63,833 bases of DNA, filler included, from Olpidium bornovanus S191 (GCA_017911155.1; 30 parts of 30 records of this genome joined end to end with filler, not necessarily neighbours in it), one strand, 5' to 3'. Positions 35,014 through 49,236 are shown, counted from the whole stretch's first letter. Notes: generated from the letters alone by a model not told the origin. Translations and numbers: made by a program.

Positions 35014-37099
35014 GTGCTTCTTCCTAGCGACCCGTTCGTCCCCCTTTCGTAAGCGGAATGTACAGGTTCCCAAGACGTGCCAGTGCTTTTAGGATGCGGG
35101 AAAATGATCCGCGGAGCAGCCGTGAGCATGNNNNNNNNNNNNNNNNNNNNNNNNNNNNNNNNNNNNNNNNNNNNTTAATTAATTAANNNNNNNNNNNNNN
35201 NNNNNNNNNNNNNNNNNNNNNNNNNNNNNNCACGGAAACTTGCCTAACGCATCCGAGACGTCTTGATGCAAGCATAGGGTCTTGAGACTAACATAGATGT
35301 TGAAGGGGCTCGGCTGTGTACAAAAAAGGCAGGCACGCCTCGCGCTACATGCTGTATCTCTGGTGGACTAGGGAGCTCACCGGGGCGCGGCGGATTCAAA
35401 TGCAATGCTGAGCGCGCATGTCGTCGGCCCTTACAGGCAGTCGCGGCTTTACACACACACACAACACCTGATCGCGTCTCCCGGCAAAATACACGAAGCC
35501 CTTGGCGACGCGCGATATGTAAATCAGATGCAGACAGAAGCCATCAGTGGGCCGAAACGTACTGGCCTGACCCAAACTGAACGTTCCTGAAAAAAATCTG
35601 AAGGCAGGATATATTTGTGGTGGTGCTCAGGTCTTGACGCACTGCCATTCCTCAATGATCCCGTTTGAATGCTCCTGTCTGGGTCCCTACAGCCATCCCA
35701 AAGCTGTGGCGCCAGCCCACGGGAAAGCACCCTTCCCCGCTTCACAACTCCAAAAAACTCACAAACCAGTCAGGGCCACTCCTGAATATCTCCCTTGATT
35801 ACCTCCCGGCAGCTGACGAATCTGGAGCCCCCTGGCTGATGCTCAAACGTGATCCATTCAGAACTAGCTGGCTACGGAGGTAGTGCGTTTTCGTATTCTG
35901 GTGTATACCAAGCATATGACCAGTGCCTCCCAACCCATTGCAAAAAAAAAATAATGCGACAAAGGAGGCCTTCGCTGGATGTGACGTCGGGCAGGCCGGG
36001 GAGTGAGGACGCGGCCGTATGCAAGGGTCACGCAGACCACCCACGACGACCGAGCGGACGTCGTTGGCCGAGAGGCGCCGGAAAGCAGAGAAAGCCACGG
36101 CACAGCTCGGAAGCCAACGGGGAAACGGCCCTTTCGACCGGGACGGCGGCGTCAAGATCCTCTTCCCCCTCAAAGCAACGGTTTCATAAAGAACGCCGTT
36201 CTCGCATAGAAAAGTCTGGAAGCCCGGACCCCTCTTGCCGCAACAAACACAGTTGGCCAGGAGCAGGGACCCGGAGACGAAAAATATCTCGACTCGCCGT
36301 CCGAGATGGCTCGAACCATGCGATCGTTGGGGGATATCGTGGTGGCATCGGCACTCGCGAAAACACGGCACCAAACTCTTTGCGATTCGGGGCCGGCTGG
36401 GTCCGGTTGTCAACAGAGAATGATTCGTCATATTCGTGACGCAATTCGATCCGTCAAGCCATTGTTCCTCGTCCGCTTGCCAACGACCGCCTTTCAGAAA
36501 AGGGGTTGTCTCCGATATCAAATGGAAAGCAGCTTGCCGGCGGCCCCGGACGCCCAGCGCCGAACCGCCTTCGACGCAACGCGGATGCGGAGAACAGGGC
36601 GCCCGTCCCTCCCCCACCAAACAAATTTCCAAACGACCGGCGATTTCGGCGCCATATGAAAGAATGGGTGAGAAAGAGGAACATTTTCCGCCTTCACCAT
36701 ACATATACGTTGGCGACGATGCAGAGCAGTGTCAATGTTATCGCCTGGCCCGCCAGGAGGTATTTGAACTTGGGATCTGGCGGCCGCCACAGCGGGAGGG
36801 ATGCGGTTAGGCATAGCCCAAGAGAGGGAGGAAAGCAACGCGTCATGGAGGCACAAGTTCGGTCTTTTACCTAGATCGCCTAAGCGGTACCACCGAAACT
36901 TTGGTTTGACGGAACGCGACAAAGGCAACGAGTAAGTACGCGATGCGGCCGGGAGAAGAGAAGGCGTTGCGGTTTTTTTTGTATCTCAAAAAAGCCCCTG
37001 CGCAAAGTTCCACCACCCGCCATCCAGATTTGCCGCGAAAGGAAGCCCCGAGAATGGGGAGAAAGGGGGGGGGGAAGGGAAGGGAAGGGGACACGTTAC

Positions 37100-37711
37100 C
37101 AGCTGAAACAGGCACATCGTGTACCCCGCCAAGCCGAAGCCAAAGAAGACGTGGTTGGCGCTTCTGGAGAACCCCCCGAAGACGCACACCGCGACGGTGA
37201 ACACGGCGAACGCTACGACTGCGTAGCTGACGAGCTTCTCCAGCGTCTTTTCCTGCCGGCACGTAATTATTCAGAGGGACCGGAGAGGTCAGCGCGGCGC
37301 CGAAGACGAGTGGGCTCGATCTGGTGGAGGGACAAAGAGGGGGGGGGGCGGTTTGAGGAGAAGAGGGCGTGGGGGGTGGCGGGGCGGGGGGCCGTCAAAA
37401 CGGCGAGCCTTAGGTCGGTTCCGCGAAAAAACGCGAGATAGACGTGCACGAGCTGCGGCCGCGTTCACGCCCTCAGCAGGCGCAAAGGGCCTCCCGGCAA
37501 AGCCTTCCTCTCTCTCTTTCTCCATTTCTCTCTCTCTCTCTCTCTCTCCCTCTCGTCTCTCTCTCTCCTCTCTCTCGCTTCTTTTCCCTCACTGCTGCCA
37601 GAGTAGCCCGAAGGAGGGCAGAGTCCCCCGGCCACGGGGAAAGCGGAAGAGGACGGGAGCTGTCACGGCACGCACCGCCGGGGAAGGGTTCAGGAAGAGC
37701 GGCTCGTCCAT
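37100..37711 (-). CDS. Unidentified multi-exon membrane protein fragment
   Basis: Putative ATG at 37711 and a GT-AG-bounded hydrophobic exon LVSYAVVAFAVFTVAVCVFGGFSRSANHVFFGFGLAGYTMCLFQL. Confidence 0.3.
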
Positions 37712-38457
37712 GATAAGCGTTCGCCGGCGGCGGGGGCGTGCGGGTGGTGCAGAGCGGCGGGAATGGGTTTGTCGGAGCGGGAAAGGCGGGGAGAAAAAAA
37801 AACCAATAAATAAATAATAATAAAAAAACCAGCTGGGCGCGCCGTGCGCCACGTCGCGGTGGCGGGGGGCCCCGCTTGAGGGTGGGAACGTGCGCCGCGG
37901 GCAAGGAAATTTGGAGAGAAAGTGTCGCACGCGGGAAGGGGAAGGGCGAAATGTGCCGGTGTGCCTTCGTCTGGTGACGGCTTCTCGTCCGCCCAAGTCG
38001 ATCTGATGTTTGCCCCTTTGCAAGTGGCTTGCGAATCATCGTGGGTCCGTTACGCCGGCGTTCGCATACGGCAATTACGGGTGGGACGCAGGCGCGCTTT
38101 TCTAAAGAATAGCTAAGAGCTCATGNNNNNNNNNNNNNNNNNNNNNNNNNNNNNNNNNNNNNNNNNNNNTTAATTAATTAANNNNNNNNNNNNNNNNNNN
38201 NNNNNNNNNNNNNNNNNNNNNNNNNACCGAACGGCAACAGTCACGCGCAGCATCCGTGAAGGAAGGGAAATGGACGGCGAACAGCTGAAACGGAATTTGC
38301 CCATCATTCACATTCTCCCGTTCCACCGACGTTCCAGTCTCCCATGTTGTACACTATCACACGCTCCCCAAAATTATGAAAAGAAATAACACCAAACAGA
38401 GTTGCATAGTAGGTTCTATTATTCAAGTATGTACGTTCGCCAACAGGGAAATTCAGT

Positions 38458-39398
38458 TCACTCGTCTGTCTTAATGATGTCAGAATCTCCAGGGTCTGTG
38501 ATCGAAAGGACGCCGACGCCTGAAGTAGAGAACCAAAAGATATCAGTCAACGAGACCTTGACAAGGCTATTACCACGGCGGTGTCAAATATTACTCACGG
38601 AAGTATTTTCCGCAGGCCGTGCCGAGGTCGATGTTGTTGCCCGAATAGTGGTGGACGGCCGTCTGGAAAACAGGGACAAACACAGCCACGGTTAGAGGAG
38701 GGTGCCAACCCCCGCTAACTCTCGCGTCTTCAGCCGCGACTGAAAGAGCGGTCGCCGAGTCAAGACCCACTTTCGAAAGCATAGCGTAATACTCCAGTTC
38801 GGACTTGCGGAGTGGGGGGCAGTTGCCGCTGATGATGACCAGCTTGGCTGGCAAAGGCAACGTTTACGCGGCCGCAAAAAAAAGGCAATTTGCGACGGTG
38901 AGCCAACACAGCAAGAAAAGACCGAGGGCAGCAGCAAGCGGTTGCCGGCGGGTCTGCCGGCACACGATGCGCCCTGCACGGCGGGTCGCGGAAAGAAAGC
39001 TTTACGGAGAAGGAAGCGCTCGACTGGAACGCGCCAGAAACAAGCGGGAGCCCAAACCAGGCGCAAGCGGACGGGGCGCGTGTCCGTTTAAAAAAAAGTA
39101 GAGAGCCAAAGCAGTAGAGAGCCAAAGCAAAGTGGGCGCGAACCGGGAGCCCCCCTTCCCCCCCCCCCCTCTCCCCTCCGCCCAACCCCCGGGTTCCGGT
39201 TCTACGCGCGGGCAAGACCGGCCGGGTGCGCGAAGCGTTCGCTCCCCCCTCCCTCCTTCTTTTCGCACCTTCCCCATTCCTGAGGGTCTTGAGGGTGGAG
39301 GAGTAGCCCAGCGTGTACTTGCCGCTCTTCATTACAAGAGCCAGGCGGGAGTTAATGGACTCGGCCGAGCGCTTGGCCTTCTTCGACGGGTTCACCAT
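38458..39398 (-). CDS. RPL30: 60S ribosomal protein eL30, complete, 4 exons
   Basis: [18 protein letters not shown]|[26 protein letters not shown]|[21 protein letters not shown]|[20 protein letters not shown]. Confidence 0.97.
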
Positions 39399-40589
39399 GG
39401 TTGCCCCTTGCGCCGGCGGGGACTTTTCTGTTGGGTGTTTTGGTTTTCCGGTGGCAAGGGGGGGAGGGACACCGGCTTTTCGGATTATTATTTTTTTTTT
39501 TCACTTCAAATTTTTTTTTGTGTTCGTGCTTATTTACCCTTAGCACGCACAACCCGCCGCAGCGCGCGTTTTTCGGCACCGGAACCGAAAAACCAGGGAA
39601 GAGCGGGATGGTATCGCAAATTGAGGGTCCCGCAGGATTGCCGCCGACGCGCGACGGCTGGTTAACAGCGCGGCGGCAGGCGGCAAGGCGCCTGGCGACG
39701 GGCACGTCGGCGGCGCGAATTACCACGACGGGCGATGACGGCAAGACGGCGACGGCTGACGGCACTACGGCGACGGCGGCACGGCCGCGCGATCAGCGAA
39801 GGTATGGGCGAATGCGGCTGCGTGTAGGCTGATGCGTAGGCCAATGGCGGGAATGCGCCGAAGTGGATGCGCAAAAGCTGATACGCAAAATTGGATGAGG
39901 ATAGGCTGATGCGCAAGGCGGATGTGCGCAGGGTAGAACGCAGGACTACAGCGCGGTTGCCGCCGATGCACGAATGCGGACATATGCCAGGTTTGATGGC
40001 AAAATTCCCTGGTTTTAGTGCTGGACGCGACGCGTAACTGAATTTGAGGCTGGGCCTGAAGCAAAGTGAGCTCCGCTTTCTGTGGTCGTGCAGAGTCACC
40101 TCTAAGTTCTGATCTGGCCTTATCAAAGAGCCACATCCCCAAGCAGGGATGTATAGCGGACCATGNNNNNNNNNNNNNNNNNNNNNNNNNNNNNNNNNNN
40201 NNNNNNNNNTTAATTAATTAANNNNNNNNNNNNNNNNNNNNNNNNNNNNNNNNNNNNNNNNNNNNCATGAACGGACCAATATTGACCAGCGAGAGTCACG
40301 TGGAACCCTCGACGCCATCAAAGGCACAATCACTCAAGATGACGCCGCCGGAAACCCACAGGAATCCAGAATCAGGAAAGGCACACCGCTCACCTGTAGA
40401 ACACAGCGTTCGCGGGCAGCTTTTGAGCAAGAGTAACAATGAACGAGATCGGTCGGTCCAGGGTATCCCTGACGGCGTTAAGGACCGAGATGCCGATGGA
40501 GAACAGGAACAGGATATTGAACAATAGGAAGAAATAGGTCTGCGTGGACAGCTACTGGTGAGCGGGGAAACTCGGTAGTAACAGGGACC

Positions 40590-42125
40590 GGAAATAAACA
40601 TAACTCGCCAGAGAGCCTGGACGCATGTAATGCTCGTGAACGCGGTGCCAACCTTGGACGAAATCTTAGTCTCCAGCACTCCTCGTGATTCTGGTCTTTC
40701 GAAACGAGCGATAAAATCGAACACCATTGGGACACACACCATGGCAAGCTGGAGGAGCAGAATCGGGAGAGGCTCAAGGAAAGCTGCGAAGCCCGCAGAA
40801 CGCGAACGACAGACACGCGGCGCCGGCCGACGTGAAGACAACCGACAGCACCGTTGTCAGAAACCTGTCGCTTCAAACTTTTGACAGTTGTGAATTGGAA
40901 AGTCACACCCTGTAAAGGGTGGGGGAAAGGGGAGGATGAAGGCCGTTGGCCGCTCGCCCGCGCTCCAAAACTCACTCCTTGCAACGGGGGACCCGGACGC
41001 CAAGATTCCGAATTCGGGCCACCATTTCTTGATCGCGTCGATAGTCGTCAGGGCGGCAATCGGAACAAGCGGGATAAGCCAAAAGAACGTCGTCACGACG
41101 ATGGCCGCGGACACCAGGAACTTGCGTATGTGGAGCTCGTAGTAAGAAATCCCGAGGTTCTCCCAGAAAACGTCGCGCGGTTCGGGGGCCATTTGCGACG
41201 TGCAGGAGAAGGGCTCTGGGGTCATGACCATCTGCGTCGCGATCTGGGCCGCCTTTCTGGTCTACAAGCCAACGGCGGAGGCCGATGACCCGCGGTAGAT
41301 CATCCAAATGGTCAAAGGCTGCATTGGAATGCGCGCTCCAGGCTCCGTACAGTTACCTTGAACACGACAAATGCGTCAGACGTGGGTTCCTTTTTCCACC
41401 GCTCGTGCATCTCGCGGACCAGCTCGTCGAGACGGCAGAACTCGGAAATGTAATGACCCAGCGCCGTGGTGGCTGCGCCACCGCGCCTCCACGGGATCCA
41501 AAAAATGCTGTACTTCCGCGAGTATTTCTCGCGGATCAACTTTCTGATCTCGGAATCAAAAAACACGAACTTCCATATGTCCATCTCGGCCACCGGGGTC
41601 TCGGTGTGCTCGCGGTGGAGCTGCAGAAGCACTTTCTCGCGCGGCGTGAGGTCATCGGGGCCGTCGGCTGCAGGCGGCATATTCCGCCGTCGCGTGGCGA
41701 CCTCTTTAGCCACGGCCTCGGCGTGCCGGCAAAGCTTCTTGCCAATCCAAATGAATTCCCTTTCCAGACTTTTCAGCGCTTGCAGTCGCGCCCGTACTCG
41801 TTTCTTCGGGTCCTCGCGGTAATGGTGGGCGACGTGTACGGCCTGCACCTCGCCGATGTCCAAGTCCCGGATGAAATTCTCCAGTTCCAGGTCGTCGCGC
41901 AACCGCTGCGGCAAGTTTCGGATCAATACTGTCCGCGATTGCACGTGGCCGCTCGCAAGGTACCGATGTCTCAACTTTACGGGGAACAGTTCAGTAAACA
42001 TCGCCATGCACTTGGAAAAACAAACAAAACGCGATACAGAAAGGATCCGCACCTTCACATAATATGCGTATTCCGCGTAAAACATCCACATCGAAATGAA
42101 TGAGACGACGTACGTAATTACTAAG
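40590..42125 (-). CDS. CSC1/OSCA/TMEM63-family cation channel, internal fragment
   Basis: SRTVLIRNLPQRLRDDLELENF, DAFVVFK, AAQIATQ and MAPEPRDVFWENL followed by TM segments. Confidence 0.9.
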
Positions 42126-42605
42126 NNNNNNNNNNNNNNNNNNNNNNNNNNNNNNNNNNNNNNNNNNNNTTAATTAATTAANNNNNNNNNNNNNNNNNNN
42201 NNNNNNNNNNNNNNNNNNNNNNNNNCATGGTGGAACGGAAATCCAATATCTGCGGTTATGGGTTATCTGGATATGAGTTATCCGATGGGCGGCGTACCTT
42301 TTAAGCAGTTTCAGATTGTGATATACGAAACGGGTGCGGAAGAATAAATGCACCGAAGTGTTTGACGGACGGTCTTGAGCGACGGGACTTGTACTGGACG
42401 TAGAAAAATCGAACCCGACGAAAAGTTTTTTCCACAGAAGACGTCGCTCCAGATTTCCCTCAAACTTCGAAATCGAAGGGCGAAATTTCGGGTTACGCGA
42501 ACGACCTGTCTTTCTGGCCGCGTATGGGTTTTCCGGGGGAAAATTTCCTCCGGCACAAAAGAAGTAAGAAAATAAAAAACAAAAAAAGTTTATCGGCTGA
42601 CAAGT

Positions 42606-44556
42606 TCACGGTTCGGCTCCGGTCACCCTCTTGATTTCCCACTCAGGAATTTTGGCTTCGGCAAGACTCCGCGGCTCGTGGAGGTGTATCGCCACGTCGG
42701 GAATCCCGTCTTCGCCGGCGAGAGAGCGGCAAATCTGCCCGTTGGAAGAAACGGTGGTCTCGCCGCGGGAGCGGCCCGTGCCGTAGATGATTGCGTTGGG
42801 AAGGTTGATTTTGGGAGCAAACTTCCCGCGCCTCCTCGGGTTGCTGGGGTTTGCGTCCGTATTCGTCAACAAACTGGCCCCTTCCGCCTGCGGCGCAGTC
42901 GAGGAACCCGGGAAGGAAGTCGCAGAATAACCGGACAGCAGGATCTCCCGGTCCGACGGGTTCAGGAACTCCGCGAATTCGTCGCACAAGACGTCGTCTA
43001 CCACGTGAACGCGCAGCAATTTCACCTTGCGCGCAAGCTCGGCGGAGGGACTGCCCTCCTCAAACAAGTATTTCGGCAGCGACATCCCGTTTTCCGAAAA
43101 CAGCTCATCCGTCCTCCGTCTCTCTGTCTCGCCCCCCACCACGCTGGCAATTTCCTTGAGGCGACTGTGTGCGGTCCGACAAGTATTCAAGGTCCGTCCG
43201 GCTAGGAATGGAAGCTGAGATACGAAGAAGCGGTTGCGGGCCTCTGCGCTCGACTGGGAACGGAGGGCCACACCCGAAAAAACTGACGGCGACACCGGTA
43301 TTGGTGAGTGCGAGAGGAAAGAGACGAACGCCAGGAGGGCGGTCACGTCCAGGTTGAGGGCGGGAGTCAGGGGCGGTAACACGCGTTCCGGAGGTGCCTG
43401 TAAAAGAGCGAGGGATGACTGGGCGGAACGCCGTAGGCACGGCTCGTAGACCTCCGTAGCATCCACGTCGGACGACGACGGCGACGAGGACAGGTTGCAG
43501 CCCGCGGGCGTCCCGTTCACCTTGGCTGACCCTATTGAATTGTCAACAGTTTCGACCACAACGCCCGTTGCCGCCAGGGTGGTGAAGAAGATCTCGTCGA
43601 CCAAATGATCCACCCCTCTGCGCGCGTTGACGAATTTGAAAACGACGGCCGGCGTCTCGTAGTGAACAGGATTTTGCTTCGCGGCCGCCAGCAGGCTTCG
43701 TGCGGTGCAAAACAGCGGAAGGCTAGACAAAACGGCCTTGTCCGCGACCGGCACGACGTTCCGGTTGGTGCCGGACGGGCGGCGGTCGCAAACTTCTGTC
43801 GCCTCGTCATAGGATTCTTGTATCCTGCCGTTGTCATCCGATCCGTCGTATTCGTCGTCGCTGTCGTCGCTGTCGACGTGTTCCTCCAGGCCAGCCAGCT
43901 CGAGCCGCAACGCCCGCGTGGACCTGGATACGGCTTTGACCCAGCGCGTCCCGCATGCCGACACCACGTCAACCCTGACGGTGCACTTCCGTCCGCTGTG
44001 CGCATCGTAATTCACGTCGTCCTCCTCCGGCTTGTAACGAAAAGGTTTGGATATCGCTCGGATCGGCCGCTCCAGCAAGACGACCTGTTTCAAGGCCTCT
44101 GCAAGTTAAAACCGGCAATCGTTCCTTTACGTGAGTGGAATGGAATCGGAAAAAACAGGTCGCGCTTTCGCGCAAACCTAAAACGCGCCTACCGAAGTAA
44201 GGTAGGTTCGATGTTATCCGGTTCTCGCAGTCGCTCTCCTCCTCCTCCTCCTCTTCTTCCTCCTCCTCCTGTAGGTCCGCCTCGCTTCTCTCCCCGCCGA
44301 GCTTCGCGGCAGCGGCGGCGCTCTCGGCGGCGCGGACCGCGGCGTCCCGCTCGCCGCTCGCCTCCGCCCTCCGCCGCGCGGTTAGCAACCACTTCTCCTC
44401 GCTTCTCAGCGAGCTCACCACCCTCGTCAGCCCGTCGCTGTTGGAATCCTTCTTCGAGTCGTGCCACGCCGCGAAGAGCCTGCGCACGGCCACCGCCCTC
44501 CCGTGCAGGTCCTCAAGCTGCTGCAGCAGCAGTTGGTCGCGCTTGTTCGACTTCAT
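42606..44556 (-). CDS. UPF0415/C7orf25-like (DUF1308) protein, 2 exons
   Basis: ITSNLPYF, VDVVSACGTRWVKAV, LNLDVTALLAFVS, IYGTGRSRGETTVSSN and LHEPRSLAE. Confidence 0.85.
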
Positions 44557-44953
44557 TGCTGTCCGGCGCGCGGCGCTTTAGCGCGGTTTACTTTTGTCGG
44601 TGTGATTCCAGGTGCATTTGATTAAAAGAAAAAAAAGAAAAAAAAAAAAAAAAAAAGAAAGGGGTGATCGCCACGTGGGACCGGCGGGCACCCTCACACA
44701 GCCCCTTTTCCCCAACCAACCAGACCCTGGGGGCCCCCCCGCAACCCTGAACGCCCTCGCTCTCGCCCGCGATCTCTCCCTCTCCCTCACGCCCGTAAAT
44801 GGGGGTGGCGCAATGACCTCAGAGGGACCTCCTTTGGCAGGATCTTGCGCTTCGGTGGACTGCGGAGCCGCGGTGAATCCCTCAGCTTGCTGCACTGTAC
44901 CTTGAATGTCCTTGCGGCAGCGACGGGGCTGCAGGCGCCGTCAAGTCCGATTC

Positions 44954-45030
44954 GGGCTCATAACCTGTTCCTTTCTGGTGGTTTCCGCAGGGGTGCGGAA
45001 CGCTTATAATTTCGCAACTACACAGCCGAT
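44954..45030 (-). mobile_element. Half-tRNAiMet PBS (44954-44965) and 3' end of a copia-type 5' LTR
   Basis: ...GGAACA|GGTTATGAGCCCGAATCGGACTTGACGGCG. The post-PBS sequence is nearly identical to that at 26660. Confidence 0.75.
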
Positions 45031-45600
45031 CTGTGCTGTGGCACGGCCCCGGCCCCGACCGTCGCCTTACGCCAAGAAGGGCGCCACGGAAGGCGGCGGC
45101 GGGCGGGCGGGAGGTAAAAGCGGAGGAGAGGACAAGACAGCCCGGGGGCCGACCAATAGAATAATCTTCCCCCGTGAGCCCACCAATGGAAGAGCCTCTC
45201 CCCCTTCCCCCCTTCCCCCCTTTCCCCCCTCAACGTCACAGGCGGGGACCCACCGCCAACCACACCAGCTCCCCCCGAGTAAACGATACTGCTCCCGCGC
45301 GCAACCGCACGCTTCTACAGAACCCCGCATGGGGACCACGACCGCGCGGAACCAACCGCGTCAGCGGACAAGCCAAGGCTGACTCGGATGACGTCCTGTC
45401 CTGCTCAGCCTCGACGAGCATAAATAGCGCTCGTCTCGCTTCGTAGCTCCGCTCCCACACAGACCTCAGGCCTTCGACTCGTAGACTCAACTTTACTTGG
45501 TCTTAACCGTATTTGTCAACCCTCGTCACCTTACCTGTAGCACCCCGCGCAGACCTGACGAGGAAGAGTAATAAAAAACGTTCTAACATAGCTGCAGTAC

Positions 45601-46114
45601 ATGGTAGCAATGCCTCTCCAGACAATGACCCGTAACCCGACCTCTCCTGTTGCCTCCGCCGCAGGACCGACCCTCCTGCAGACAGAGGCGGACTACCAGC
45701 TGGCGATCCGTCAGCTGGAGGCCCGCCTGGCAGAGGTGACTGCGCAGCATGACCACTCGCTGCAGACGGCTTTCGCTGCAACGGCCGCGGCTGAAGACTC
45801 CGCGCGAAAGCCGTCGGAGTCCGACCGCGCTGTCGCGAAACTGATTCGCGAAGAACTACGGCCCTTCATGGGCTGCAACCGGACCCCTCACCACGTGCGC
45901 AACTTCCTCTCACAGTTTGAACAATACGCCGACTACGCGCGCCTCGAGCCCTCGGCCAGGGTCGTGGCGATCGGCGCAATGCTCGCAGACGAAGCAGCCA
46001 CGTGGTACCAAAGCCTGGCGCGCTCGGTGCCAAACTTTACCAAGTTCCGCCGACTCTTTCTCCACCGTTGGGGAGACCCCTTGGAGGAGGAAAACGCGCG
46101 GAGGCGGCTGGCCA
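45601..46114 (+). mobile_element. Ty3/gypsy gag (3'-partial) with probable upstream LTR
   Basis: RPFMGCNRTPHHVRNFLSQFEQY...RVVAIGAMLADEAATWY...FTKFRRLFLHRWGDPLEEENARRRL. CATAAAT at about 45419 and AATAAA at 45570. Confidence 0.85.
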
Positions 46115-46739
46115 NNNNNNNNNNNNNNNNNNNNNNNNNNNNNNNNNNNNNNNNNNNNTTAATTAATTAANNNNNNNNNNNNNNNNNNNNNNNNNNNNNN
46201 NNNNNNNNNNNNNNCATGAGTTAAAGCGATGTGTAGCGTCCCGAAATGCCGATTGGTTTACTAGATCTGCCGGTAGGAAATTGGACCTCTACCAGTACAA
46301 GCGTACTTACAATACTGTAGTATTAATAATAAACGAATAGTTATTATATTGTGAATACTATATGCGTAACTTTTCTTTTCTTGCTTCTCCCTTTAGATCG
46401 TTTTCATCCTTCCTGCTGCAGGACACCAATACCCCGCATCTTGGTTGATTCGTTTCGTCGAGATCGGCGCCGTTGCGCGTTTGCTCCCGAATGCGTGAAG
46501 GTCTGCGCCCGCATCTGTACCGGCAAATCACAACGTCGAAAGAAATACCAATGTAAATATGTATTAATAAGACAGCGGGCACATAAGGGAAGCTAAATGG
46601 GGTGGAGTTGGGCTCGGGGACACATTTTGTATATAAAATGCACGCATCCGGTGTGCGTGCGAATGAAACGCATTCCAGCCAGGTGACACCGCCGTCGTTC
46701 GTAAAATAAATGTACTTCCATCTAATTCGCGGTGGGTAG

Positions 46740-48175
46740 TTATTCTCGTTTCGCTTGCGGTTGAAGTTCTGCCGTCCAAACCAGCGGGCCGTCGGTTGTC
46801 ACCTCAACCGTGTCCGCGTCGTCGCAGAGCTGGTTTGAGGAGCTTATGAGTCCGCCGAACTCGGATCGTCGCGAATCTGAAGGGCAAACGAACGACGCAT
46901 CAGTGCGAGAGCAGTGTTCGGCGTCGTCGTCCGTTCAAGAGCGGGTGCGCCGGGGGGAAAGAAGGGGGGGGAAGGGGGGCGGCAACCAATTTTGCTCTCA
47001 GATATACTTGCCGAGGTTCCATCTAAGCCCTTGCGTGGAGTACGTGACCGGGCCAGCGATGGGTATGAGGCCGCAGGTCGGCCCCTCTAGGTGTTTGTCG
47101 ATCTTGATCGCGTGTCGTCCCTGGAAAAGGGGCACCCGGTAAAAACGATTCTTCGAAAAGGATGACGCGTTTGCGGAGCCAAAGAATCCTTCTCGCACCT
47201 TCCAGAGCAAAAACGCAACGCTGTCTTCGCTCATTAGGTAGATACTGCGCTCCTCACGAAGATGAAATAGCTGATTCAGGTTCGCCATCGACTGGTCGAA
47301 CCGGCCACCTAGTGCCCCGTACGCGACAACAGCGAACTGCGGGGTTCAAACGGTGGGTCGTCGGCGGGGCGGACGCACGTGACGAAAGTTACAGGGTTGA
47401 AAGGCATCCTGCGGACGACCCCAGTAAGCGGGATGTACAAAAGTAGGCATGTGCTGTGCCCTACCTTTTCGCCCATTTTCAGCTCTACCGCCCGCATGTA
47501 TTCAAGACATTTCATAAAGTCGGTGGTTTCCTGGTCATCGTCGTGCTTGACCTCGCATCCCTGTTGCATGTGCCGGATTCAGCGTGTCGGTTTGGTAGCT
47601 ATCCCCGCCCACGCCGTCCAAGCTCGCCGCACAATCCAGGGGTCGGGCGTAAGCTCACCAAGCTGGCATAGTAATCGCCGACTTCTGGTCGCAGCGAGTC
47701 CAGGTCGCCACAGATGCAACGTGGGACATATCTTGAAAAAGGATCGTCAGTGCGCTGTGTCAGCAACCCCCACCCCGCCCACCGCTCCGCTCGGCGGCGC
47801 AGGACCGCTGAGTAGCGAGGCCAGGAACCTTACGATCTAAGGTTCTCCTCCGATGTCTCGTACGCATCATGCAGACGGTTGGCCCCACCGTCCGCGCAGA
47901 GAACAAGAGAAGCTGTTCACCCCGTCAGCGAAGAAGACCGCGCGAATTTTTCACACCCTGTGGGGAGGAGGGGAAAGTAATCAAAGATTCCCAGCAGCAG
48001 CAGCGGCGGCGGCGGCAGCGGCTTTACCTGCCCGCCAGACGAGCGGGAAAAGGGTTTCCGTAGCCCGGATGGGCTGGTTGAGGATGACGAGGGTGACAGG
48101 AGGCAGCACTGGTGGCGCCGTCTGCCCCCGCCGGAGGACCTCGGAGAAGCACCAGGTTCTTGTTGAAGATGTCAT
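46740..48175 (-). CDS. THI80: Thiamine pyrophosphokinase, apparently complete, multi-exon
   Basis: LVILNQPI, CADGGANRL, ICGDLDSLR, DQETTDFMKC, GALGGRFDQSMAN, CGLIPIAGP...TQGLRWNL and FGGLISSSN...VTTDGPLVWT. Confidence 0.95.
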
Positions 48176-49236
48176 CGCAGTCCGTTGTTAGTGCTGTCAA
48201 GTCAAAATAACCGTAGTATTATCATTCTTTCGCTCTCTAGTTTGTTTGTGCAGTGTTTTGTTTATTTTTTGTTTATTTTTTTATTTAATTTCTTTAATTT
48301 ATTTTTATTTTTACTTTTACTTTTACTTTTGATGTTGTTTGTGCATCTGCCGGCGAGAAATTCGGAAACGTGCGCAGAAAGAAGAACGAGGCGGGACGGA
48401 GGCAGGGCGCGCCCCGTTAAAGCAACAAAACATATATGCATGGGATGATGGCGCACGCACGCCGTGGATTATGGGCAGCATCCACTCTATTCCATTCGCT
48501 TTAAAGTGCCGTCCAGAGAAGACCCCTGCTGTATCGCGCCAACTACTTGCTCTGTCATCTGGCCAAAGCGGTGCGTTTTGATTTGCCTCGGCAGGCTGCC
48601 ATATTCAATTACTCAGACTTATGGCGGCGTGCATGCCACTAGGCAGGATTCGGATCGAAAACAATCCTCCGCAACATCATGCGAGCTCCAGAACACCCTT
48701 TGAAGGCTCAACTTTTCCCCGCGGGTTATTTGAGGGCCGCGTTGGGACAACCGCGGCATCACGTGACAAAAATGTGCCGATGGCAGCAATCAAAGTCAAA
48801 TGTCACGTGATTAAACGCGCCGGGCAGAAAAACCCCCTCCCCCCAACCTCCGCACGAAAAGCCGGCGACAAAATACTGCCGGGAAGGCCCTGACGCCCGC
48901 GGAGATCGCCGTCGTCGCAACGCACCCCCCCTTTGTCCATCCGCGCGAGGTCCCTTTTTGACGGACAGCAGACAGAGCAGGCGCAGGCGGGATCGGCGGA
49001 GGCCGGAAGCCACGAGCGGCGGCGGGAACGCGGGAGGGCCTGAGACCTGGAGGGAAATAAGTGGTGGCAAAAGGGAACACCACCGCGACCGGCCGAGAGA
49101 CCCCCTCTCCCCCCTCTCCCCTTCCCTTGCGGGAAGCGGAGGAGAAGGGGCTGCCGGTGACTTTCCCTCTCTCGGCGAGGCCCGGAAGCGAGCCGACGGC
49201 GCCGAGGAATAGGACAGCAGCTAACGGGAGGCGAAC

